Shown in pieces: positions 8,636 through 17,494 of a stretch of 64,000 nt of DNA. Origin of the DNA: an uncultured Planctomycetaceae bacterium (GTDB lineage Bacteria; Planctomycetota; Phycisphaerae; Sedimentisphaerales; UBA12454); NCBI GenBank assembly GCA_964449435.1, contig CAYUYR010000004.1, positions 20,059-84,058 on the forward strand. Direction: 5' to 3'. The stretch's first letter is position 1. The number at the start of each line of letters is the position of its first letter. Made by a program: the position numbers and the translations under genes. The notes under the pieces were generated by a model that did not search any database, was not told the origin of the DNA, and saw nothing but the letters and a program-made list of their open reading frames with translations.

Positions 8636-9373
8636 ATGAGCTTTGTTATGATCCAATCGCCAATCTATATCCATTATCGCATTCAGTGGCAATTTGTTTG
8701 TTCAGGTACACCTGAAAACCTATTTCAAGGGAAAATTTTTCGTCAATTAATGGATAAAATTAACGATGGGACCTCCTTTAATTTTAAAGATTTCTCTGAC
8801 AGAACACCCTCACGCTGCGAAATGGCTAATGCAAGACGTCTTCCAGATGGCATGGATGCTTTCAGTAAATTAGTTTATAACAATGATAAGCTCGCATATA
8901 TAGAAGAATGGGCGGAAATAACCCCTGACGATTTTGAGAAAAATTGCAATAAATTATTGGAAGCATGGTTTAATCTTTTTCCACAAACAGCAATTATAGC
9001 ACAAAGTTCTTGTATCAGGGCATTGGTGCAACCTAACAAGTCCAAAGATTCGAGACAGTTTCTCGGAGACAAAATACTCCATGTGGGAAAAAGTATTAAC
9101 AGTACTTTTAAAAATATGCCTTTTAAAATAGGTTTTGCTTTTGCGTGTGAAAGAAAACAAACGGAGTCTCCGCCGCCGATACCAATTATATTTGACACAA
9201 GTATTAATTCTTGGGCAGATAATAAAAGAGTCTGGATTCAGGTAAGTAGCAATTCACCGCTTTTACCGCCAGTTAATGCAGCTACTTCAGATAGAGGCGC
9301 AAAACCTATTGTCGATATTAAGCAGTTTTTGGAAGAAGAAGTATTAAATCTACTGACCCAATACGATAATTAG
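8636..9373 (+). CDS. Hypothetical protein, first gene of an AT-rich three-gene island
   Basis: Long ORF; start moved to ATG 8636 because TTGATT(8569)..TATAAT(8591) overlaps the earlier ATG. Confidence 0.65.
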   Translation: MSFVMIQSPIYIHYRIQWQFVCSGTPENLFQGKIFRQLMDKINDGTSFNFKDFSDRTPSRCEMANARRLPDGMDAFSKLVYNNDKLAYIEEWAEITPDDFEKNCNKLLEAWFNLFPQTAIIAQSSCIRALVQPNKSKDSRQFLGDKILHVGKSINSTFKNMPFKIGFAFACERKQTESPPPIPIIFDTSINSWADNKRVWIQVSSNSPLLPPVNAATSDRGAKPIVDIKQFLEEEVLNLLTQYDN

Positions 9374-9401
9374 TTAATAAATCTATAACACGGAGAACTA
9401 A

Positions 9402-9770
9402 ATGAATTTAACATATCTTGACAGTCGCACAAATTTAGGGACAGACCTTATCAGTTTACTAGGATTATCGTGCTGGTCTGATACACTAAAAGAATTCGTA
9501 GCCATCTATCCCTCTAATAAACATATTCGCGTAATTATTGGAAATTTGGGTTCTACAATAAGAATGTCGGCACCCAGTTTAAATATAACCGTAGATGGTA
9601 CAACCCAACAAGAAGTTTGGGAGAAATTCCTTAACGTCATTAAAAATCGTGATGACAGCGCCTGGTTGACTTTTGATGTAGGCCCTACAAGAGCAGAGGA
9701 AATTCAGGAAGGATTAGATGCGCCGGAAGATGAAGAATGGTCGGATATGTCTGAAAACTCAGAGGAGTAG
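9402..9770 (+). CDS. Hypothetical protein with a HicB-like segment and acidic tail (putative antitoxin)
   Basis: APSLNITVDGTTQQEVWEKFLNVI; GGAG RBS; directly upstream of a PemK-like gene. Confidence 0.5.
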   Translation: MNLTYLDSRTNLGTDLISLLGLSCWSDTLKEFVAIYPSNKHIRVIIGNLGSTIRMSAPSLNITVDGTTQQEVWEKFLNVIKNRDDSAWLTFDVGPTRAEEIQEGLDAPEDEEWSDMSENSEE

Positions 9771-9772
9771 CA

Positions 9773-10144
9773 ATGCAACCATCTGAATGGATTCCCTTGC
9801 CTGGACATATTATCCGCACAAGTGTGCCTTATACCGACAATCAAGATAGTTCAGATAGATATCCAGTAGTCGTTTCCAGTAAATCCTATAATGAAAAATA
9901 TCCTTATGTCATCGTAGCTTTTACAACTCGTAGTCTAAATATCAAGCACCCCTTCAATTGTGATGTTGAAATATCCGATAAACGCAAAGATTTTAATTTG
10001 ACAGGATTAAGGGAAAGTACCACTGTTCGTTGTTGCAGGTTGCATACAATAAACAAAAATAAAATTTATGCTCATATCGGTTGTGTTCCCGATGATTTGC
10101 TAACGGATATACAACGTTTGGTAGTCCTTAATTTTAAGGATTAA
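9773..10144 (+). CDS. PemK/MazF-family toxin
   Basis: DRYPVVVSSKSYN...VIVAFTT...GLRESTTVRC. Confidence 0.8.
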   Translation: MQPSEWIPLPGHIIRTSVPYTDNQDSSDRYPVVVSSKSYNEKYPYVIVAFTTRSLNIKHPFNCDVEISDKRKDFNLTGLRESTTVRCCRLHTINKNKIYAHIGCVPDDLLTDIQRLVVLNFKD

Positions 10145-10253
10145 ACCAAGCAAAAAAAGGGAATTGGGGCACTCTTAACCTCTCATTACAAGTTCTCTAA
10201 ACCGCCTCGAAAATCCTCGCCGTTTTGGCAGAAAACGGGCAATGTGTGTCCTG

Positions 10254-10274
10254 AATTGTACAAAATGTACAATT
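10254..10274. promoter_or_regulatory. Palindromic TA operator candidate
   Basis: AATTGTACA-AAA-TGTACAATT; TGTACA cores as in yefM-yoeB operators; upstream of a Phd/YefM gene. Confidence 0.55.
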
Positions 10275-10355
10275 TGTAAAAATTGTAATATTTTACTTGA
10301 ACACACCCTGTTTTTATGCGATATTATACATAGTCGGTAATTAAAGGGAAAAACT

Positions 10356-10601
10356 ATGGAAATGGTAAATATAACTGATTTTCGTCAGCACATATCGGAC
10401 ATAACAAACAGGGTAATCTTCGGGGGCGAGAAAATCTGCATCGAACGCAACGGAAAACCCGCCTGCGTCCTCGTAAGCCTTCAGGACAATCAACTGCTCG
10501 AAGCTATAGAAGACAGAATTGACGTCGATGAAGCCCTCAAGGCTCTGAAAAGCAAAAAGTTCGTTTCCTGGTCAAGGGCAAAAAAGAATTTAGGTTTGTG
10601 A
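10356..10601 (+). CDS. Phd/YefM-family antitoxin
   Basis: VNITDFRQHISDITNRV...ICIERNGKPACVLVS. Confidence 0.85.
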   Translation: MEMVNITDFRQHISDITNRVIFGGEKICIERNGKPACVLVSLQDNQLLEAIEDRIDVDEALKALKSKKFVSWSRAKKNLGL

Positions 10602-10605
10602 GCCG

Positions 10606-10875
10606 ATGAAATACCAGATTGTCATCGAACAAAAGGCTCTTGATTTTCTGCAGACCCTGCCGGGCAAGTTCCGGCGTCAGATAGCCTCAAAAATCGACGC
10701 ATTGGCGGTTAATCCTTTCCCCCCAGCTTCTAAAAAGCTCCTGAACACAAATTTTTATCGCATCCGCAGCGGCAATTATAGGATTATTTACTCGGTCAGC
10801 AGGCAGAAAATCACTGTCTTTATTCTTCGCATTGGCGACAGAAAAGATATCTACAAAAAACTGCCTAAGGGCTAA
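10606..10875 (+). CDS. RelE/ParE-family toxin
   Basis: NPFPPASKKL...YRIRSGNYRIIY...RIGDRKDIY. Confidence 0.88.
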   Translation: MKYQIVIEQKALDFLQTLPGKFRRQIASKIDALAVNPFPPASKKLLNTNFYRIRSGNYRIIYSVSRQKITVFILRIGDRKDIYKKLPKG

Positions 10876-11102
10876 TTCATTTCAGAAACGAATATTTCAT
10901 AAAAGCAGGCAATTGGGGCGGACTTTGCCGACAGAAAAACCCAAAAAATCCCATTTTTCTGCAATAAACCGTCGGGTAAAACCGTCTTATGGGGGTGGAA
11001 AGGTATTGCCGGATAAATTAACTAAAAGGTTGTTAAATCCTTATAAGAACAGCGGGCCTTAACAGCTTGACGTTTCAAACATCAGGCGTTAAACTCGGCA
11101 GG

Positions 11103-11705
11103 ATGAAAACATATAGTCTTATTATAATTTTTATTTTGCCGATGGTTCTATTTATGTCTTCCTGTAAAAAAACTGATAACTCTTCTCTTTCAGCAATCGT
11201 CAAACAGGAAATTAACCGATACCCCGCTCAAAGGCTCGTCGATATCTATAAAACTTTCTTTCAGGGCCATCTGGGCCCTGCCCATTTAATCGCCGATTCA
11301 ACCTCCGCCGCCCAACACATCGAAGCAGAGCTTGCCCAGTCAGCCGATTTTGAAGATTACGATTATCAGCCTTTGCCGCCGGACGGAAAATTCGTCCGCG
11401 CAAATCTGAAACTCATAAAAGACGGCAAAGTATCGCTCGAAGATTTCACAGCCGCCTTTGTCAACAGCGCAAAGCCAGTCAGCGGCACCGATATTGAAAA
11501 CTGGAAGGCTCAATGGCCCAAAATCCTCGCTGAAATTGAAAGACAAAAACCCGCTCTGCCTGATTTCCAAAAGGACAGGGATTTCATCGAATCGCTGCTT
11601 GAAAAAAACGAGTATGTCGTCCACCACAGCGATGAATTTATCGAAAAATACAACCCCCATTACCGCGTTATGTCCGCCGAGCAGGTAAAAATCCTAAGCC
11701 GCTAA
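11103..11705 (+). CDS. Hypothetical lipoprotein
   Basis: Signal peptide with lipobox-like MSSC; DIYKTFFQGHLGPAHLI. Confidence 0.7.
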   Translation: MKTYSLIIIFILPMVLFMSSCKKTDNSSLSAIVKQEINRYPAQRLVDIYKTFFQGHLGPAHLIADSTSAAQHIEAELAQSADFEDYDYQPLPPDGKFVRANLKLIKDGKVSLEDFTAAFVNSAKPVSGTDIENWKAQWPKILAEIERQKPALPDFQKDRDFIESLLEKNEYVVHHSDEFIEKYNPHYRVMSAEQVKILSR

Positions 11706-11890
11706 TAATCACCACGTCAGATAGAGAGTATATCCGGCAAAGACGGCGGGGGCGTTTTTATCATCGTTGTAAAAAGTTCCCATCTGACGGCAATTCGCTG
11801 AATATCCTTTCTTGGAATCCATAATTGTTCTGTGAAGATTGATTATCTTTAGGAGGACAACGGAAATGAAAAAGACTTCTCGCTTTTATA

Positions 11891-13372
11891 TCAGTATTTC
11901 CTGCTTCTTGCCGAACTTGAACTGTTGTAATTAACGAAGAAATATCTCAGTGCATCTATCGGGTGGTCGTAAATCCCGTCTTTCAACGGCAATTCCTCAC
12001 AGCCTGCCTGTGGATAATGATAGCACTGCATCGCCTCAATCAATCTGCCGCATCGCGGACTGATAAACAAACTGCTTTGCCCGTCGCCCGAACGCAAAAA
12101 CCTTCTGACAAGCTCAATTCCTTCGAGAATAGAGCTTCTTTTATACCGCAGCTTGACTCCGGCCTGTCTTAACTGGAAAACAGGACTTGTGCCCGTAACG
12201 TCATTAACGCCCGCACCGGCAGGGTCGCAGAAAGTCGCTATTACATTGTCCTCGATAAAAGGCTCTCTGTTCTTAATCTCCTGTGCGTGGCCGTCAATCG
12301 TGATTCTGCTCTTGACATATTCGTCAATAACGCGGACAGTGCCTTTTTCATCGACCTGAATCCAAAGACACACAAACGGATTGACGAATCCGAAATCAAT
12401 CGCCCGATACAAAGGCAGCGACGGATTATACTCAACCTCTTTTATATGAACATCAGGGGCAAACTCCGCAAAGACGACATTTTCGAGCGACGGCCTAAGA
12501 CAAAGCATTTCAGATTCAAACGCCGCCCTGCTGCTTCGCCTCATCTGCGCCAGAACGTCATCAATCTTTAAATACCCGTTCGCTTTTTTTGCCCTGCCGC
12601 GACAATCGTTATTCAAAGGACAACGGCTGCACGAGCGGTCTTTGCAGTTTTCAATCACTTCCCAGACACACCATTTGAACATCGGCACGCCTGCAGACTG
12701 CGCCTTGCCGACAATATCGTGCATTAACCCGAAAGGCTGATGCATTGTACTTAATGTTTCCATCGCGCCGACGATTTCGTCCGTGCTTTTGGTTATGAAC
12801 TTTGCCGCCTCGAAGACCTGCCTGTCGAACAGTTCGACCTCATCGCATCTCAATTTGTGGATATGACTGCCCCGCACGCTCGCCGCAGATTGCGTTAATA
12901 CCTCGACATCGGAGCCGTTCAGAAACCGGCATTTATCCTTGCGGACAGGCCCTGCAAGAAAATCTTCGAAACCGTTGTTCACAAACCCAAGCATATAATC
13001 GTACATTCTTTGCGCCTGTGTTTCGCTGCCCGCAAGAATTCTCGTTTTACAGCCGGGCTTGAAAACACTGTCTAAAAGTGTCGCCGCCGCAGCCAGAAGC
13101 GTTTTGCCGCCGCCGCGGCCCGCCCAGACAACACAATCGCCGCTTTTGCTTTCTCCTGTCGCTTTCGCTCCAGGCTCTGCATAACAGTGCCAAAGATAAT
13201 CGAGCGGACTGTTATGTTCCGGACAGATATTTACATCGCCGATGTCGATGCCGAGAAAAACTTTGAGATAGTTTTTCAAATCGGCTCTCGTCTGCGGCCC
13301 TGTCCTTCTCAGCGTTTCATAAAAATCATTTGCCTTAACGATACGCTCTGTGGATAGACTGGTACTGTTCAT
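11891..13372 (-). CDS. Phage terminase large subunit
   Basis: Walker A GRGGGKT, Walker B LRCDEVE, RNase H-like nuclease RAIDFG...DHPIDALRY. Confidence 0.9.
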   Translation of the reverse strand: MNSTSLSTERIVKANDFYETLRRTGPQTRADLKNYLKVFLGIDIGDVNICPEHNSPLDYLWHCYAEPGAKATGESKSGDCVVWAGRGGGKTLLAAAATLLDSVFKPGCKTRILAGSETQAQRMYDYMLGFVNNGFEDFLAGPVRKDKCRFLNGSDVEVLTQSAASVRGSHIHKLRCDEVELFDRQVFEAAKFITKSTDEIVGAMETLSTMHQPFGLMHDIVGKAQSAGVPMFKWCVWEVIENCKDRSCSRCPLNNDCRGRAKKANGYLKIDDVLAQMRRSSRAAFESEMLCLRPSLENVVFAEFAPDVHIKEVEYNPSLPLYRAIDFGFVNPFVCLWIQVDEKGTVRVIDEYVKSRITIDGHAQEIKNREPFIEDNVIATFCDPAGAGVNDVTGTSPVFQLRQAGVKLRYKRSSILEGIELVRRFLRSGDGQSSLFISPRCGRLIEAMQCYHYPQAGCEELPLKDGIYDHPIDALRYFFVNYNSSSSARSRKY

Positions 13373-13489
13373 TATGAAATCCTCTAAAAAAATTGTAGAA
13401 ATAAAATGTGTAAATTATGGTGAACGGCAGTTCCGAATCAGTCGGAACTCCTCGGTTTTTAAGTCTTAAAAAACCCTTATTTTGTGCGT

Positions 13490-13518
13490 ATTATACCATA
13501 AAACCGTCTAAAAATCAA
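13490..13518 (-). promoter_or_regulatory. sigma70 promoter of the terminase gene
   Basis: Minus strand TTGATT-17 nt-TATAAT with TGn extended -10. Confidence 0.65.
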
Positions 13519-13640
13519 GGTTTTTTTCGTCTCTAATGCTTTTTTATTGCGCAACTTGCATAAAAACGCCCTTTGGCGTATAATTCGGATATTGTTTGAG
13601 ATAAAATCGTTCATTTTTAAGTTTATATTTTGAGTTTTTT

Positions 13641-14172
13641 TGTCCGGCGGGTCGGGCGGCCGCCCAGCACCTACTTTATTCAGTTTCGGATTTTGGGGAT
13701 TATGTGAATATAATTCTGTGTCTCTTTGGGGACGTATCTTTATGGACTGGTTAAAGTAGGTGCTGGGAGGAAAGTCCGGGCAGGACAGGGCGCGGTGATG
13801 GCTAACTGCCACCGTATTTGAGATTTCAGATAAAGGGAAAGTGCCACAGAAAATACACAGCCCCGCACCTACTTTGTTCAGTAACAAAGGTTTATAAAAA
13901 TCAAATAATTGGAATTGCTGATACAGCTCGATTTAACGTCTCGGACTGGGCAAAGTAGGTGTGGGGTAAAGGTGAAAAGGTGCGGTAAGAGCGCACCGCG
14001 ATTTTGGCGACAGAATCGGCAAGGCAAACCCCACCGCCTGCAAGACCAAGTATGCCGGCATGCTCTGCCCGAGCGCTAATCCGGCGGGTAGGTCGCTTGA
14101 GCCTGTCAGTAATGGCAGGCCTTAGAGAAATGGTCGCTTATTACAGAACCCGGCTTATAGACCCGGCGGACA
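13641..14172 (+). ncRNA. rnpB: RNase P RNA, type A, with extended P3 and P12
   Basis: GAGGAAAGTCC (13767-13777), AGTGCCACAGAAA, GGTGAAAAGGTGCGGTAAGAGCGCACC, ACAGAACCCGGCTTA; P1 TGTCCGGCGGGTC / GACCCGGCGGACA. Confidence 0.96.
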
Positions 14173-14227
14173 AAAAAATTGATTACTTCCTCTTATCTGC
14201 TTTTGTATATAATGGTTTGTCGCCGAG

Positions 14228-15766
14228 CTAATATTCGTTAATATGCACTGAGGTTGCGGCAAGTTTTTTCATTTGGGCGTGAATGGTTTTCAGCATTTTA
14301 CGAAAGTGAAATCCGAATATCGAATAACGTACAGCCAGCGGCACTCTGCGAAAATCCCTAAATGACCACAGTATCAGCATCCAATAGTGCAATTTGCCTT
14401 TTTCTACCATACCTATACGCCACATTGCCCTGAAAAAAGCCTTGATGTCGCGAAATCCCAGTTTATATTTTGTCTTATGGCTGAAATTATAGTTTTCCAG
14501 AAAGGTTTTGATGCGTTTACAAAAGTATTTCTGTGAATAGATAGTATTCAGCACTTTCAGATATCCGCCCTGAAGTTCGTGAATATCCATCTTCGGAATA
14601 AAATTGATAGTACAGTCCATATTGTCGCCGGTCGGCTGCTCCGCCAATCGGTTTTCATTCTTCATCTTCTGATACAGTTTCGTTCCGGGAGGAGCGTTAA
14701 GCATTCCGACCATCGCGGTTACTATGCCGCTGTCCTGAATCAAATTTATTAATTTATCGAACACATTTGGTTTGTCGTTGTCAAAACCGACAATAAAGCC
14801 GGCCTGTACCTGCATACCGAACTGTTGTATCTTTTTAACAGCTTCAACAATGTTGCGGCCGATATTTTGTGTTTTATTGCACTCAGCCAGACTCGAATCG
14901 TTCGGAGACTCCAGGCCGATAAATACGCCGTCGAAACCCGCTTTGGCCATCAGAGTCATAAGTTCCTCGTCGTCCACAAGGTCGATAGAAGCCTGCGTAT
15001 TGAAAGAGAATGGGCGGTTTCTTCTGTCCATCCACTCGTTCATTGCCGGAAGCAGTTCATTTTTAAGCTGTTGGTGTTTGCCTATAAAATTGTCGTCAAC
15101 AAAAAATACATCGCCGCGCCATTTATTAATGTAAAAACTTTCAAGTTCATCTATTATTTGGCCGGTGGTCTTTGTGCGTACCTTACGGCCGAAAAGATTC
15201 GTAACATCGCAAAAATCACAATTAAACGGACAGCCCCGCGAATACTGAAGTCCCATCATACCGTACTTTTTCATATCAATAAGCTGCGATAGCGGAACGG
15301 GACTGCCTGACATCTCGGCTTTTTGGCCTGTTCTATAAACCGGTTTTGCGCAATCATCCGCAAGGTCTTTTAGGAAAATCGGCAGCGTAATTTCCGCTTC
15401 ATTAAGGACAAGATAATCAACATTAGGAATCAGTTCGGGAAACGAGGTAAACAGCGGGCCGCCGGCAACCACTTTGACGTTGAGTTTATTGCATCTTTCT
15501 ACTACTTTCCCGGCGGAGTTCTTTTGGATAAACATTGCAGAAATAAATACATAGTCAGCCCATTTGATATCCCTGTCTTTTAACGGGGTTACGTTCATAT
15601 CGATTAATTTTTTCTCGAAAGATTCCGGCAGCATCGCCGCGACAGTGAGCAGCCCCAAAGGCGGGAGAAGCGCTTTTTTGGAAACGAACTTTAATGCGCT
15701 TTTCAGACTCCAGAATGTATTTGGAACTTCAGGATTTACAAGCAGGATTTTTAATTTATCATTCAT
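14228..15766 (-). CDS. B12-binding radical SAM protein (DUF4070-type C-terminus)
   Basis: PPLGLLTVAAML; SRGCPFNCDFC; FFVDDNF. Confidence 0.9.
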   Translation of the reverse strand: MNDKLKILLVNPEVPNTFWSLKSALKFVSKKALLPPLGLLTVAAMLPESFEKKLIDMNVTPLKDRDIKWADYVFISAMFIQKNSAGKVVERCNKLNVKVVAGGPLFTSFPELIPNVDYLVLNEAEITLPIFLKDLADDCAKPVYRTGQKAEMSGSPVPLSQLIDMKKYGMMGLQYSRGCPFNCDFCDVTNLFGRKVRTKTTGQIIDELESFYINKWRGDVFFVDDNFIGKHQQLKNELLPAMNEWMDRRNRPFSFNTQASIDLVDDEELMTLMAKAGFDGVFIGLESPNDSSLAECNKTQNIGRNIVEAVKKIQQFGMQVQAGFIVGFDNDKPNVFDKLINLIQDSGIVTAMVGMLNAPPGTKLYQKMKNENRLAEQPTGDNMDCTINFIPKMDIHELQGGYLKVLNTIYSQKYFCKRIKTFLENYNFSHKTKYKLGFRDIKAFFRAMWRIGMVEKGKLHYWMLILWSFRDFRRVPLAVRYSIFGFHFRKMLKTIHAQMKKLAATSVHINEY

Positions 15767-15901
15767 ACTTATTTTATCGCCGCTATTCTGTTTGCCTTTG
15801 TCAAGACAGATATATATTTAAACCCTGGCATCCTATAAAAACAAGTTAAAAAATCAAACTTGGCAGATTTCTTTAACTTTTTGTAAATGAAGGGGTTACA
15901 T

Positions 15902-17344
15902 CTATCCTGCCTCTGTTTCAACCGTCGGCACAGCGGGCATAGCGGCGGGCAGTGCAGGCGCTTTTTCGATAACCCGCATCGATTTCCATTTGCCCGCGGC
16001 AAAGCGCAGGAAAAACAGTATCGCCAAGGCGCAGACATAAGCGGTCAGCGCCGACCAGGCGACATATAAAGAAGCCCTGCCGCTCAGAAAAGTTATCGCC
16101 AGCCAGCTCGGAATTACCATAATCAGCCAGTTGAGAATGAGAGAAACCCACATCACAAATCTCGTATCGCCTGCGCCTTTCAGCGCCGCGGAGAAAATGA
16201 TATTGCCGGTATCGAAAATGCAGTAAAAAGCGACAAAGTACAGCAGCGTTCTCGCCAGCGGTTTCATCGCTTCCATCTGCTCGGCTGATGCCCCGGCCTC
16301 GAACGGGAGCATAAACACATTTGGAAAGAGCCAGTATCCGGCGGCAATAGTAAGCATATAGCCGAAAGTGAGTTTAGCCGCTGTGATAGTGGTCTTCTGC
16401 GCGATGTGCGGCTTATCGGCGCCGAGCGCCCTGCCGACAAGTATCGTCGTTGCAATTCCGAAACCAATCATCGGCATAAACGAAAGGGTATTAATCTGAA
16501 GAACCATCGACGATGCCGCAAAGGACACAGCGTCGATTCTGCCGATGAAAACAACAAAAAGAGTAAAGCCCAGTATATCGAGCATAAACTGAACGCCGCT
16601 CGGTATGCCGAATTTCATCAGTCTGCCGAATAAATCCCTGTCGAAAGCATAATTCGATGTGCAGAAATTCCTGCGGCAGCTCGGCCATAAAAAGATTACA
16701 AAATAAATCACACACGCCGCAGCGTTGGCAATTATCGTCGCTGCCGCGGCTCCGGCAATGCCCCATTTCGGAAAACCGAAGTGTCCGAAAATAAGCGCAT
16801 AATCCAGTACGACATTGACGGACGTTTTGAAAACATTGACCCACATCACCGTCCACGTTTTGCCTCTGCCTGTCAGAAAACAGCAAACCGCGGCGTCCAC
16901 AATCCCCGGCATCGCTCCGAGCATCATAATCCTGAAATATACGAGTTCATAACGCGCAATTTCCGGTTCGTGCCCGACAAGAGTAATAAGAGGCCTGCCG
17001 AACAAACTGAACGCCGCCATGAACAGTCCGGCAGCAACGGCAAAATAAATGCTCTGCCAGACAGCCGGGCCTATTCTGTCTTTTCGCTTGGCGCCGTCGT
17101 ACTGCGAAACAAAAGTATTGGCATAGCTTGCCGTACCCAGAAAGAAGCTGAAGAATACAAAACCGAGTATCCCGCCCAGCAGCGCTGCGCTCATCGCATC
17201 GCGGTCGAGCCACATCAGAAAGACCCTGTCCACGAACATCTGCAGCGTCATCGCAGAAGTGCTCAAAATCAGCGGAAACGCAATCTTGAGAACCTCTTTT
17301 GCGCCGCCTTCGTTTATATTGATTTTTTCAGGATTTTCTTTCAT
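15902..17344 (-). CDS. MATE-family efflux transporter
   Basis: IAFPLILS...FVDRVFL; two MatE halves; ATG at 17344. Confidence 0.9.
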   Translation of the reverse strand: MKENPEKININEGGAKEVLKIAFPLILSTSAMTLQMFVDRVFLMWLDRDAMSAALLGGILGFVFFSFFLGTASYANTFVSQYDGAKRKDRIGPAVWQSIYFAVAAGLFMAAFSLFGRPLITLVGHEPEIARYELVYFRIMMLGAMPGIVDAAVCCFLTGRGKTWTVMWVNVFKTSVNVVLDYALIFGHFGFPKWGIAGAAAATIIANAAACVIYFVIFLWPSCRRNFCTSNYAFDRDLFGRLMKFGIPSGVQFMLDILGFTLFVVFIGRIDAVSFAASSMVLQINTLSFMPMIGFGIATTILVGRALGADKPHIAQKTTITAAKLTFGYMLTIAAGYWLFPNVFMLPFEAGASAEQMEAMKPLARTLLYFVAFYCIFDTGNIIFSAALKGAGDTRFVMWVSLILNWLIMVIPSWLAITFLSGRASLYVAWSALTAYVCALAILFFLRFAAGKWKSMRVIEKAPALPAAMPAVPTVETEAG

Positions 17345-17353
17345 TATTTTTAT

Positions 17354-17454
17354 GAAGTAAGGAGGTAAAGAGATAAGGAAGTAAGGAAAAACAGGCAAAC
17401 TCACTCCTTACTTCCTTACATCCTTACTTCCTTATTTCCTTACTTCTTTACTTA
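17354..17454. repeat. Octamer tandem repeats arranged as an inverted pair
   Basis: GAAGTAAG-like units facing CTTCCTTA-like units, ending about 10 nt upstream of the MATE start. Confidence 0.75.
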
Positions 17455-17494
17455 TGTTAAACTCAAGCCTGATTTTTTTCAAAATAATAATAAT

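Noticed and set aside
10162-10919. AATTGGGGC on both sides of the Phd-RelE module as a target duplication
   Set aside because: A 9-bp match with no transposase or inverted ends; may be chance.
11715-11789. Possible riboswitch closed by CGTCAGAT/ATCTGACG
   Set aside because: Only an 8-bp stem; no consensus of a riboswitch class I know, and only a 22-codon ORF downstream.
2834-13372. Calling this an intact prophage or integrative element
   Set aside because: No integrase, att repeats, portal, capsid, tail or lysis genes; greA lies inside it and TerL is inverted.
17354-17454. CRISPR array (also 3842, 23801, 29813)
   Set aside because: Short tandem units without unique spacers; no cas genes.
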